Source: Gammaproteobacteria bacterium
Lineage (GTDB): Bacteria; Pseudomonadota; Gammaproteobacteria; Eutrophobiales; Eutrophobiaceae
Length of the DNA stretch: 64,000 nt
Direction: 5' to 3'
Assembly: GCA_965243205.1 (NCBI GenBank)
Contig: CBDEUK010000002.1
Location: forward strand, 736,001 to 800,000
Position numbers and translations under genes: made by a program. Below, piece after piece: positions 1-9,372 of the stretch (position 1 is the first letter of the stretch; each line of letters starts with the position of its first letter). A model generated the notes under the pieces. That model did not search any database. It was given only the letters and a program-made list of their open reading frames with translations, and had not been told where the DNA came from.

Positions 1-915
1 CATGCACCCATCACTTTACTTGCATCAAAGCTTGGCCATTGCTCACGGAATTTATCTTCATACTTCTTCAATAAATCAACCGTCGCATCATTGGCATAAG
101 TGATCTCGAAATCACGATTGATCATGATCACAGGGCTTTGAGCACCATCGATTGCAACCTGTAAACGTGCTGCTTCAAGTTCTTTCTTGCGAACATCGGT
201 CACGTCCTGCCATTCCAAGGTATTACCAATGTAATTACCGTCCAAATCAATTTGCGCAGAGACCGTTAACGCAAACTTCAATCCATTGATTTCAATATCA
301 GTTTGATACGGTAGGTTATTTGGATCACTTAATAACTTACGTTGATGTTCTGGATTCTTATGGAACATATCAATGCATGTTCCCATCACTTTGCTCGCAT
401 CAAAGCCTGGCCATTTTTCACGAAATTTATCTTCATACTTCTTCAATAAATCGACCGTCGCATCATTAGCATATGTGATCTCGAAATCACGATTGATCAT
501 GATCACAGGGCTTTGAGCACCATCGATTGCAACCTGTAAACGCGCTGCTTCAAGTTCTTTCTTGCGAAGATCAGTTACATCTTGCCACTCTAAGGTGTTA
601 CCAATGTAATTACCATCCAAATCAATTTGTGCAGAAACAGTTAATGAAAACTTCAATCCATTGATTTCAATGTCGGTTTGATACGGTAAATTATTTGGGT
701 CACTTAATAATTTACGTTGATGTTCTGGGTTTTTATGGAACATATCAATACAAACACCCATCACTTTACTCGCATCAAAGCTTGGCCATTGCTCACGGAA
801 TTTATCTTCATACTTTTTAAGTAATTCTATTGTTGATCCATTAGCATAAGTAATCTCGAAATCACGATTGATCATGATCATTGGGCTTTGAGCGCCATCG
901 ACTGATGCTTGTAAA
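1..915 (-). repeat. 375-nt (125-aa) near-identical tandem PAS-domain repeats, about 2.4 copies visible
   Basis: tacttcttcaataaat-type motif recurs at 61, 436 and 811; long identical stretches between copies. Confidence 0.95.
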
Positions 916-2615
916 CGAGAAGCTGCTAATTTCTCAGCGCGTAACTCTGTCCCATCGGTTGCATATTTGACGACTTTAAATGGCTTGCCATCCGAATCAA
1001 ACATTGGGTTATAACTGGCATTCAACCAAACCTCTTCGCCTTTTTTATTGAATCGTCGATACTGACCTGATTCAGCTTCGCCTGAAGCAAGACGATCCCA
1101 AAAATCTTTGTATTCAGCACTTTGAGCATATTCTGGATCAACAAACATACGATGATGCTTACCTTGAATTTCTTCTAAACTGTAACCAGTTGTGTCTAGA
1201 AAATTTTGATTTGCTATGATAATGGTTCCGTCAAGATTAAACTCAATGACTGCTTGAGCTTTACTAATTGCTTCGAGTTTGCCAGAAAAATCTGCATTTT
1301 CAGCTCTTAGCTTTTTAAGCTCTTGTTCCATTTCTTCGACATCACTGTTCTCAACGTTATTTACGTTTTCTTCGCTCATCGTATTTACCTCCGGTGGGTG
1401 TTCATATGCCTCGAGCATTATTTTTGAAACTTTAGTTAATGCTTGAGCCCAAGCATCGTGTATTTGATTCGTCCATGCTTCACCACAGATATCTTGAAGC
1501 ACATTAATTAATGATTCTCTAATTGCAGGGTAATGTGTTTCTACTGCCCCATAACTTTGATACAACTTTCCTAATTCTCGAATAACTTCTATAGAGTCTT
1601 GAGAATTTGGGTCAGATGTATTCACCATACCAACTACATCCATTAATTTTTGTTTTTTCCCTGTTACATAAACATCACCAAATAAATCTTTTAATTCGGG
1701 ATGTTTTTCAAATAAAACTTCATGAAATCGGTCTACTATAATTTCTTTTTGTGCCAATATTTTTTCAAATCCGTCTTCAAGTATTTCATCTTCCTTATCA
1801 TTGTCATTAACACTTGAATCCAAAGACCCTATTTCTGTTTCTACTTGTTCTTCTACTGATTCCATCTGCTCTTCTAGAGCTTCTATTTGTTGCTCATCTT
1901 CAACTGAACCTTCTTCATCCAATAATGGCTCCTCTATTTCAGGCTCATCATTTTGTTCTTCTACTGATTCCATCTGCTCTTCTAGAGCTTCTACTTGTTG
2001 CTCTTCTTCAGCTGCATCTTCTTCATTCAACAATGGCTCTTCTATTGCAGGCTCATCATTTTGTTCTTCTACTGATTCTGTCTGTTCTTCTAAAGCTTCT
2101 ATTTTTTGCTCTTCTTCTAGTGAATCTTCTTCATTCAACATCGACTCTTCTATTTCAGAGTTATCATCTTCAACAATATTGTTATTTTCGATAACTTCTT
2201 TTGATTCATCTTGATTCATCAATTCAATTAAATTGTCGAACGTTATTTTCCAAGCGTCATTAATAGAATCATCATAGTGATCACCCAATAATTCTTGTAT
2301 CGTTTGAAGAAATATCGATTTAATCGCTTGAGCGTGTTCGTTGGTGAATCTAAAGAATGAATATTTTTCCGATATGGACTGTAATTGTTCTTTTATAATA
2401 TCTTTATCACGAATATTCGATATGACTGTATCGATTAGGCCAATAAACTGATGGTTTCTTTCAGCGACATCCATTGTATAAAATATGGATTCGAACTCAG
2501 GATGTTGTTCATATAATTTACTAAATAACACAGACGACAAATCATCTAAGCCTTCTGAAATTATCATAAAGCTAGATTCTATGACATCAAGTTCTGTATT
2601 ATCTTCATTCCACAT
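1..2615 (-). CDS. Soluble Aer2-like chemoreceptor, N-terminal part (globin-like x2, acidic repeat linker, PAS_3, at least 3 Aer2-type heme-PAS); 3' end lies beyond the window
   Basis: Hand translation from ATG 2615 (GAGAG upstream) gives a continuous frame to the left edge: MWNEDNTELDVIESSF...LYEQHPEFESIF...AWK; second globin-like block FEKHPELKDLF...HYPAIRESL...AWAQA; QAVIEFNLDGTIIIANQNFL...WLNASYNPMFD (PAS_3); repeated DMFHKNPEHQRKLL...KFSLTV...NTLEWQDVT. Directly downstream of cheY-cheA-cheW. The MCP signalling domain is not visible in the window. Confidence 0.88.
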   Translation of the reverse strand, partial: MWNEDNTELDVIESSFMIISEGLDDLSSVLFSKLYEQHPEFESIFYTMDVAERNHQFIGLIDTVISNIRDKDIIKEQLQSISEKYSFFRFTNEHAQAIKSIFLQTIQELLGDHYDDSINDAWKITFDNLIELMNQDESKEVIENNNIVEDDNSEIEESMLNEEDSLEEEQKIEALEEQTESVEEQNDEPAIEEPLLNEEDAAEEEQQVEALEEQMESVEEQNDEPEIEEPLLDEEGSVEDEQQIEALEEQMESVEEQVETEIGSLDSSVNDNDKEDEILEDGFEKILAQKEIIVDRFHEVLFEKHPELKDLFGDVYVTGKKQKLMDVVGMVNTSDPNSQDSIEVIRELGKLYQSYGAVETHYPAIRESLINVLQDICGEAWTNQIHDAWAQALTKVSKIMLEAYEHPPEVNTMSEENVNNVENSDVEEMEQELKKLRAENADFSGKLEAISKAQAVIEFNLDGTIIIANQNFLDTTGYSLEEIQGKHHRMFVDPEYAQSAEYKDFWDRLASGEAESGQYRRFNKKGEEVWLNASYNPMFDSDGKPFKVVKYATDGTELRAEKLAASRLQASVDGAQSPMIMINRDFEITYANGSTIELLKKYEDKFREQWPSFDASKVMGVCIDMFHKNPEHQRKLLSDPNNLPYQTDIEINGLKFSLTVSAQIDLDGNYIGNTLEWQDVTDLRKKELEAARLQVAIDGAQSPVIMINRDFEITYANDATVDLLKKYEDKFREKWPGFDASKVMGTCIDMFHKNPEHQRKLLSDPNNLPYQTDIEINGLKFALTVSAQIDLDGNYIGNTLEWQDVTDVRKKELEAARLQVAIDGAQSPVIMINRDFEITYANDATVDLLKKYEDKFREQWPSFDASKVMGA
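1845..2160 (-). repeat. 108-nt (36-aa) Glu-rich tandem repeat x3 between the two globin-like domains
   Basis: ttgttcttctactgattc at 1845, 1953, 2061; encodes units like EPAIEEPLLNEEDAAEEEQQVEALEEQMESVEEQND. Confidence 0.93.
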
Positions 2616-2632
2616 CGTTTATCTCTCGAATA

Positions 2633-3157
2633 TTAGTGTTCTAATTGTGAACCGATAACTTCAACATCTACCAGTTGATCGATGTCTAATAAGATCAACA
2701 TTTTTTCATCGACGGTTGCTAAACCTTTTATAAATTGAGTATCAATCGCACCGCCAAAATCTGGAGCATCTTTTAACTCATCGTTGCCAACGTTATAAAC
2801 TTCCGAAACTGCATCAACAACAAAACCCATTGTTCTTTCACCTTTATGTGAATGCACATTCAGAACCACAACCACTGTCATGTTGTTGTATTCTGCTTTT
2901 TCCATATTAAATCGAACTCGCAAATCAATAATTGGCACAATCGTGCCTCTTAAATTGATAACGCCTTGAATATATTCTGGCGTATTAGGTATTTCAGTTG
3001 CCGCATCCCAACCTTTTATTTCCTGGACTCGTAAAATATCCACACCATATTCTTCACCAGATAAAATAAATGTTAAAAATTGATTACCATCGCCATTCAT
3101 TTGTTCATCGATACTTATTTCATTAGACTGTTCTTGATTCATTGTTTCGAAAGTCAT
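2633..3157 (-). CDS. cheW: Chemotaxis coupling protein CheW
   Basis: QFLTFILSGEEYGVDILRVQEIKG...GVINLRGTIVPIIDLR; start moved from 3190 to ATG 3157, which has GAGGTG just upstream. Confidence 0.96.
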   Translation of the reverse strand: MTFETMNQEQSNEISIDEQMNGDGNQFLTFILSGEEYGVDILRVQEIKGWDAATEIPNTPEYIQGVINLRGTIVPIIDLRVRFNMEKAEYNNMTVVVVLNVHSHKGERTMGFVVDAVSEVYNVGNDELKDAPDFGGAIDTQFIKGLATVDEKMLILLDIDQLVDVEVIGSQLEH

Positions 3158-3164
3158 AGGCACC

Positions 3165-5234
3165 TCACGCGGCTTTAAATTCTGATTCAAATCGATTGTT
3201 AACTTGAGTACTTTTTTTGGTTAGATGCAATGTGCCTGCGATATCAAGTATCATTGCCACAGTGCCATCACCTAAAATTGTCGCTCCTGATATTCCATCT
3301 ACTCTTTGATAATTAGTTTCTAAACTTTTAATAACAACTTGTTGTTGCGATAATAAATCATCTACAAAAATTCCTGCTTTTTGTCCTTCAGACTCCACTA
3401 TTACTAATAGCCCATCTTCAAGGTCTGATGGATCTCCATTAAGATTAAATACCTCACGTAAACGAACAATCGGAATGTAATCTTCTCGAACTCTGTATAA
3501 TTCGCCTTTACCCGGAAGGATATTTAGATTTTTATTTTGTATCTGTATTGACTCAATAATTGAAACTAACGGTATGATATAAATTTGATTGGAAACTTTG
3601 ACCAATTGACCATCTAATATGGCTAACGTTAATGGCAAGCGAATTCTAAATGTACTTCCCTTTCCTTCCTCGGATTCAACTTCGACAATACCACCTAAGT
3701 CTTTAATGTTTCTTCTAACAACATCCATACCTACACCGCGTCCTGAAACATCACTGACTTCCTTAGCTGTAGAGAAACCCGGCATAAATATTAATTCATT
3801 AATTTTCTCATCTGGTACAACTTCATTTTCACCAACTAGTCCATTTTCTTTAGCTTTAGCAAGAATTCGTTCTTTATTTAATCCGGCACCATCATCATTA
3901 ATTTCTATAACGATATTCCCGCCTTCATGAAATGCATTTAAATGTAATAACCCAGTTTCTGGCTTACCAGCTTTCACCCGATCTTCAGGCATTTCAATTC
4001 CATGATCCAAAGAATTTCTAACTAAATGCACCAACGGATCACCAATTTTTTCCATGACGGTTTTATCTAACTCTGTTTGTTCACCTGAGAGTTTCAAATC
4101 AATTTTTTTATTGAGTTTATTGCTTAAATCTCTTACCAATCTAGGAAAGCGATTAAATGAGAAACTAATTGGCAACATACGAATTTGTAAAACATTTTCT
4201 TGTAGCTCTCTGGTATTCCTTTCTAACAAGGCCAATCCATCTTTTAATTTTTCTACGTCTAACTGTTCTGCATTTTCATCAGAACCAAATTGGCTGAGCA
4301 TAGACTGCGTTATAACCAACTCACCAACCATATTGATCAATGTATCGATTTTATCTATTCCAACACGAATAGACGTTGATTCAGAGCTTGATTTTTTTTC
4401 TTTTGCTGATGCTGCTGGAGTTTCAGGAGTTTTTTTATTCTGATTGGATTGAGTTACTGTGTCAGATTGATTTGAACTTTCAGTTTCTTTAGATTCAGCA
4501 TTAGTTGTGCCTTCATTTGATAGAATAGGGATAATTTCAAGTTCACAATCCCCATCAACCCATTCAAATATTTCAACAATTTTTTCTTTTTCAACATTAA
4601 CCTTTAATGTCATGTGCCAGGATAAATAACATGTCTCAAAATCAAATGACTCAAACGATGGTAATTTATCGTCATTGACTTCGACATCTAATTCACCTAA
4701 CTCGGATAATTCTTTAATTAACCTTAAAGGATCATTACCCGTTAAAAACATATTCTCAAACGGAATAAAATCGATTGTCCATCCTTCTATATTTTCTGAT
4801 GCAGCATCATTGTCTGATGAACCTTTAGAATCGGATGAACTATCATTATTGGATAACAATTCTTCTAATTTGGATTGCAATGATTGAGTCGCTTCAACAT
4901 CTAACTCATCTGAATCTCTAGTTGCAGTTAACATATTTCTCAATACATCAACAGATTGCAATAAGAGTTCAATAGCCTCTTTACTTACCATGCGATCGCC
5001 TGCGCGCATTTCATCTAGTAAAGTTTCTAATACATGAGTGAAGTTTGCTATCTCAGTAAAACCAAACGTACCGCTACCACCCTTTATGGAATGTGCGGCA
5101 CGAAAAATTGTATTGATTGTCTCAACGTCTGGCTCACCGACATTTAAATCCAATAAGCCAGTTTCCATATCATCAAGACCTTCAAAGCTTTCTTCGAAGA
5201 AAACCTCATGAAATTGCGACATATCTACTGACAT
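3165..5234 (-). CDS. cheA: Chemotaxis histidine kinase CheA
   Basis: Hpt IFRAAHSIKGGSG, HLVRNSLDHGIE, DDGAGL, SGRGVGMDVV, C-terminal CheW-like domain. Confidence 0.98.
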   Translation of the reverse strand: MSVDMSQFHEVFFEESFEGLDDMETGLLDLNVGEPDVETINTIFRAAHSIKGGSGTFGFTEIANFTHVLETLLDEMRAGDRMVSKEAIELLLQSVDVLRNMLTATRDSDELDVEATQSLQSKLEELLSNNDSSSDSKGSSDNDAASENIEGWTIDFIPFENMFLTGNDPLRLIKELSELGELDVEVNDDKLPSFESFDFETCYLSWHMTLKVNVEKEKIVEIFEWVDGDCELEIIPILSNEGTTNAESKETESSNQSDTVTQSNQNKKTPETPAASAKEKKSSSESTSIRVGIDKIDTLINMVGELVITQSMLSQFGSDENAEQLDVEKLKDGLALLERNTRELQENVLQIRMLPISFSFNRFPRLVRDLSNKLNKKIDLKLSGEQTELDKTVMEKIGDPLVHLVRNSLDHGIEMPEDRVKAGKPETGLLHLNAFHEGGNIVIEINDDGAGLNKERILAKAKENGLVGENEVVPDEKINELIFMPGFSTAKEVSDVSGRGVGMDVVRRNIKDLGGIVEVESEEGKGSTFRIRLPLTLAILDGQLVKVSNQIYIIPLVSIIESIQIQNKNLNILPGKGELYRVREDYIPIVRLREVFNLNGDPSDLEDGLLVIVESEGQKAGIFVDDLLSQQQVVIKSLETNYQRVDGISGATILGDGTVAMILDIAGTLHLTKKSTQVNNRFESEFKAA

Positions 5235-5285
5235 CGATAGAATCCTTTTTATTTATTACGTTTAAACAAAACTAATCTTTCTGAA

Positions 5286-5648
5286 TTAACCCAATACCTT
5301 TTTAATGGTTGCGATTAATTGATCAGGGTTAAATGGTTTGACAAGCCAGCCTGTAGCACCTGCAGCCTTGCCTTGTGCTTTTTTATCACCCGCTGATTCT
5401 GTGGTTAACATCAGCATTGGTACATGTTTATAGTTAGGTAGCTTTCTTAATTCTTGTATTAATGTGATCCCATCCATAATCGGCATATTGACATCCGTTA
5501 ATACTAAATCTGGGCTGCTAGATTGAGCTTTAGTTAAAGCATCCTGACCATCATTTGCTTCGATCACATCATATCCAGCACCTTTTAAAGTAAAACTCAC
5601 CATTTGGCGCATTGATGCGGAATCATCTACGGCTAATACTGTTGCCAT
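5286..5648 (-). CDS. cheY: Chemotaxis response regulator CheY
   Basis: AVDDSASMR, LTDVNMP, LTTES, KPFNP; first gene of the che cluster. Confidence 0.96.
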   Translation of the reverse strand: MATVLAVDDSASMRQMVSFTLKGAGYDVIEANDGQDALTKAQSSSPDLVLTDVNMPIMDGITLIQELRKLPNYKHVPMLMLTTESAGDKKAQGKAAGATGWLVKPFNPDQLIATIKKVLG

Positions 5649-5691
5649 GCGAAATATCTCCTATATAAAGTTATTACCAATCGGTAATCTT

Positions 5692-5718
5692 TTATCGACT
5701 TGGAAACCACTCTCTTGA
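5692..5718 (-). promoter_or_regulatory. sigma28 (FliA)-type promoter of the che operon
   Basis: Minus strand TCAAG-N14-GTCGATAA vs consensus TCAAG/TAAA-N14/15-GCCGATAA. Confidence 0.7.
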
Positions 5719-5949
5719 GTTTTTTTTCAAAATTGGCATGTCGTTTTAGTTGGATGAAATATCAAACAAAAATAGGACTTATTTGATGAGTTATGTATTA
5801 AATACTGAAAATATATGCACACAACGAAGATATTTCGTAACTTATTGATATAATTAAGTTATTTTGAATATGGTTTTGGCTTATGAACGATTTTTATACG
5901 CAATATTTAAAAATCGTCGATTAGCAGTATCTGTGTATAATAGCGCCCC

Positions 5950-6600
5950 ATGAAAAATCCCTTAGTCAAAACCCTTTTTATAATCGTCATACTCATCGCT
6001 TTCAGCGCTGGTTTTGGCATTTATTCTTCGAGCTATTATCAAAATAAAGCCAATCAAACCGTATCCATCCCAGGTTTTCTTTGGCCGAATCCAAAGCAAT
6101 TAAGAGCATTTGAAACCATTAACCAAAACGGTGAAATATTTGGCTTAGATAATCTAATAGGCAATTGGTCTTTTTTATTTTTTGGTTTTACTCATTGCCC
6201 TGATGTATGTCCTATTAGTCTGGCTGTATTAAATGAAGTTGATTCCATCATCCAAAAAAACGGCGCTGATACACCAATACAAACAATATTCGTTACTGTC
6301 GATCCTGAACGAGATACAACGGAAGTTCTTAAGCAGTATATTGAATACTACAATAAAGACTTTATTGCGCTTGGAGGCAACAAAGAACAAGTTGATAGTA
6401 TCGCCCGACAAATTGGTGTTGCTTATGGAAAATCACAAATAGAATCTGATACAAAATATCAAGTCGACCACAGTGCTTCTATCTTTTTAGTCGACCCTAA
6501 AGGTCGCTTTGTTGGCGTTTTCTCTTCTCCACATGAAGTACAGCCTATTCTTGAACAATTTAATTCCATTCGAACTTATCTAGATAAACAATCTCAATGA
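5950..6600 (+). CDS. SCO1/SenC family copper chaperone
   Basis: FGFTHCPDVCP (CxxxC), TVDPERDT, VDHSASIFLVDP; N-terminal TM helix. Confidence 0.95.
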   Translation: MKNPLVKTLFIIVILIAFSAGFGIYSSSYYQNKANQTVSIPGFLWPNPKQLRAFETINQNGEIFGLDNLIGNWSFLFFGFTHCPDVCPISLAVLNEVDSIIQKNGADTPIQTIFVTVDPERDTTEVLKQYIEYYNKDFIALGGNKEQVDSIARQIGVAYGKSQIESDTKYQVDHSASIFLVDPKGRFVGVFSSPHEVQPILEQFNSIRTYLDKQSQ

Positions 6601-7058
6601 ATATAGTAAAAATAATCTCTGTTTATTTATTTTCTTTTTGTTTCTGTCAAAATGTATTCTGCGAATCCAAAATTTCCATAGAAGATTTATGGATCAATGA
6701 AGCGCCGCCTAATATGACAGTATTAGCAGCTTATGGGGCGATTCATAACAACACTGATTCTGATTTAATATTAGAAAAAATTGAAAGTTCTCAATTCGAA
6801 ACCATAGAAATTCATACAATAATCATCAAAGATGATATATCAAAAATGTTGAAGCAAGATAACTTCTCGGTAAAAAAAGGAGCCCATGCTAAATTTTCTC
6901 CAGGTGGTATGCACATCATGCTTTATGAGCCTAAAACGCCTGTAAAAAAAGGAGATAGTTTTGATTTTATCTTTTATTTTTCAGACGGCAGTCAAGTGCA
7001 AACCAAAGCCATTGTAAAAAAGCTATCTGAAACTTCTAATCACCATCATCATCATTAA
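6597..7058 (+). CDS. Periplasmic copper chaperone PCu(A)C
   Basis: Signal peptide, AAYG, EIHT..M..GGMHIML copper motif, His5 C-terminal tail; ATGA overlap with SCO gene. Confidence 0.9.
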   Translation: MNIVKIISVYLFSFCFCQNVFCESKISIEDLWINEAPPNMTVLAAYGAIHNNTDSDLILEKIESSQFETIEIHTIIIKDDISKMLKQDNFSVKKGAHAKFSPGGMHIMLYEPKTPVKKGDSFDFIFYFSDGSQVQTKAIVKKLSETSNHHHHH

Positions 7059-7075
7059 ACATAAACGTTGTTAAT

Positions 7076-7933
7076 ATGTTGCATTTGTTAAAAGTACTGC
7101 CTCAATATATCGTTCCTCAGCATGGTCTTACTAGCATTGTTTATCGTCTAACACGCATTCGTCAAAGAGCCATAAAAAATTTCTTAATACAGCGTTTCAC
7201 CAAACTGTTTTCTCTTGATCTCAATGATTATGTTCGTCAAAAACCTGAAGAATTTGATAGCTTTAATGACTTTTTTACTCGCGAATTAAAGCCGGATGCT
7301 CGTCCCAGAGATAATAGCGTCGATATTATTTCCCCTGTTGATGGTTTTGTAAGTGAATTCGGAATTATGCAAGAAAACCGCTTAATTCAAGCTAAAGGTA
7401 AAGATTATTCATTGCATGATCTTTTAGCTAATGAAAAAGAATTAATCAGTAAATATGAAAATGGCTTTTTCAGTACTTTATATTTATCACCTAGAAATTA
7501 TCACCGCATTCATATGCCTGATGATGGAATATTACGCAATGTTATCCATGTACCAGGAAAACTATTCGGTGTAGGAAAAAGCACGACAAATACTGTCAAT
7601 AATTTATTTGCTCGTAATGAAAGAGTGATTTTAGATTTTGATACCGAATACGGTTCAATGAGTTTGGTAATGATTGGCGCTATTTTTGTTGGCAGTATGG
7701 AAACAATATGGCAAGGACAGATCACGCCTTCAAAACAAAGACAAATTCAAAAATGGCAATCTGATTTAAATTCTGAAAACGCTCAACAAAAGATTGGAAA
7801 TGAAATCGCGCGTTTCAATATGGGTTCAACAGTTATTTTATTGTTTAGTAAAGATTCTATCAATTGGATTGATGACTTGAAGACAGGTATGCCAATTAAA
7901 ATGGGCCAAGGTTTGGCCAAATATAAAAATTAA
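7076..7933 (+). CDS. psd: Phosphatidylserine decarboxylase proenzyme
   Basis: SFNDFFTRELK, SPVDG, YLSPRNYHRIHMP, RFNMGST autocleavage motif. Confidence 0.96.
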   Translation: MLHLLKVLPQYIVPQHGLTSIVYRLTRIRQRAIKNFLIQRFTKLFSLDLNDYVRQKPEEFDSFNDFFTRELKPDARPRDNSVDIISPVDGFVSEFGIMQENRLIQAKGKDYSLHDLLANEKELISKYENGFFSTLYLSPRNYHRIHMPDDGILRNVIHVPGKLFGVGKSTTNTVNNLFARNERVILDFDTEYGSMSLVMIGAIFVGSMETIWQGQITPSKQRQIQKWQSDLNSENAQQKIGNEIARFNMGSTVILLFSKDSINWIDDLKTGMPIKMGQGLAKYKN

Positions 7934-9372
7934 CTTAATATTTTAATACATAAATTCATCAGCCCTGCTGGAAATAAACCTAAAAGTAATACTGATAACC
8001 CATTAATACTTAAGATGAAACGGAATGTTTGCGAAGCTTTTATCGCTGTTAAGTTTTGAGCTTCATCAAAATATATGAGTTTTATTACCCTTAAATAATA
8101 ATACGCACCAATAATTGAAAAGAATACAGTAATAACTGCTAACCAAACCAGATCTGCTTTTACCACATCGGATAAAACATAAACCTTAGCCCAAAACCCA
8201 AGAAATGGTGGCACACCAGCAAGTGAAGACATAAGTATTAACATGATAAAAGCAAACCAAGGGTTTCGTTGAACTAATCCTTGATAATCAGCCAACTCAT
8301 CAGCTTCAGCATCACGCCTACCTAATAAAATCACTATCCCAAATACTGCTAAACTCATAATCGAATAACTGATGACATAAAATAATGCATCAGAATATCC
8401 AGATGCATCAACAGAGGATGTATCGAAAGATAATAGACCCAATAATACAAACCCCATATGAGCTATCGTTGAATAAGCAAGCATTCTTTTTATATTCGTT
8501 TGTGCAATTGCAACGATATTGCCTAATGCAATCGATAAAATTGCAATCGTTATCAATATTGTTTGCCAATAATCAATTAAGTTTAAAAAACCGCCACCAA
8601 TAACTCTAAAAGCAATGGCAAATATTGCTAACTTAGATATTGTGCTTATAAACAAAACTACCGACGTTGGTGAACCTTGATAAACGTCAGGTACCCACAT
8701 ATGAAATGGTACTGTACCAAATTTAAACGCAAGCGCTGCAATGATAAAAACTAAAGCAAATCTCATTAAAACAGGGTCATATTGCTCTAGCTCAATCACA
8801 TTTTTGATTGCCTGAATATCAATGCTACCTGTTACACCATAGAGAATAGAGATACCATAGAGCAATAAACCAGAAGCGATTGCACCCATGATAAAATATT
8901 TCATAGCTGCTTCTGAAGCTGCAGAGGAATTTCTATGCATGGCTACCATTGCATATAAAGAAAGCGACATTAACTCCAAACCTAAATAAATCACTAATAG
9001 ATTTGCAGCAGAGGCAATAATCATAATGCCTAAAACACAAAATAGTCCTAAGACATAATATTCACCTCTTAACCAACCATGTTCAGATAAATAATTATCA
9101 GAATAATAAAAAATAATGATAGCGAGTAAACAAGTTATGATTTTAATAACTGAAGCAAGTTGATCGTGTATAAATAAACCATTAAAGAGATAGGATTCAT
9201 CCTCTGGAAAAACAAAAAATAATAAACATATAATTATAATAATAATAATTTCAGATAGATAGAATGTAGAATTTCTTTGTTTTTTAAAAAACGTATCAGC
9301 GATTAATAAAATACTGGCTAAGCACAGCAAACTTAATTCGGGCGATGATATTGCAAGCTCAGATAAAATCAT
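7930..9372 (-). CDS. nuoN: NADH-quinone oxidoreductase subunit N
   Basis: EAAMKYF, FKFGTVPFHMWVPDVYQG, KRMLAYS; last gene of the nuo operon. Confidence 0.97.
   Translation of the reverse strand: MILSELAISSPELSLLCLASILLIADTFFKKQRNSTFYLSEIIIIIIICLLFFVFPEDESYLFNGLFIHDQLASVIKIITCLLAIIIFYYSDNYLSEHGWLRGEYYVLGLFCVLGIMIIASAANLLVIYLGLELMSLSLYAMVAMHRNSSAASEAAMKYFIMGAIASGLLLYGISILYGVTGSIDIQAIKNVIELEQYDPVLMRFALVFIIAALAFKFGTVPFHMWVPDVYQGSPTSVVLFISTISKLAIFAIAFRVIGGGFLNLIDYWQTILITIAILSIALGNIVAIAQTNIKRMLAYSTIAHMGFVLLGLLSFDTSSVDASGYSDALFYVISYSIMSLAVFGIVILLGRRDAEADELADYQGLVQRNPWFAFIMLILMSSLAGVPPFLGFWAKVYVLSDVVKADLVWLAVITVFFSIIGAYYYLRVIKLIYFDEAQNLTAIKASQTFRFILSINGLSVLLLGLFPAGLMNLCIKILS

Noticed and set aside
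1801-2214. Ser-rich and Leu-rich plus-strand ORFs 1801..2214 and 1814..2194
   Set aside because: Antisense shadows of the Glu-rich repeat in the minus-strand chemoreceptor.
5734-5750. Possible sigma54 site TGGCAT upstream of the SCO gene
   Set aside because: No GC at the -12 position.
7041-7058. Poly-His tail on PCuAC as a cloning tag
   Set aside because: His-rich C-terminal tails are natural in this copper chaperone family and the context is native.
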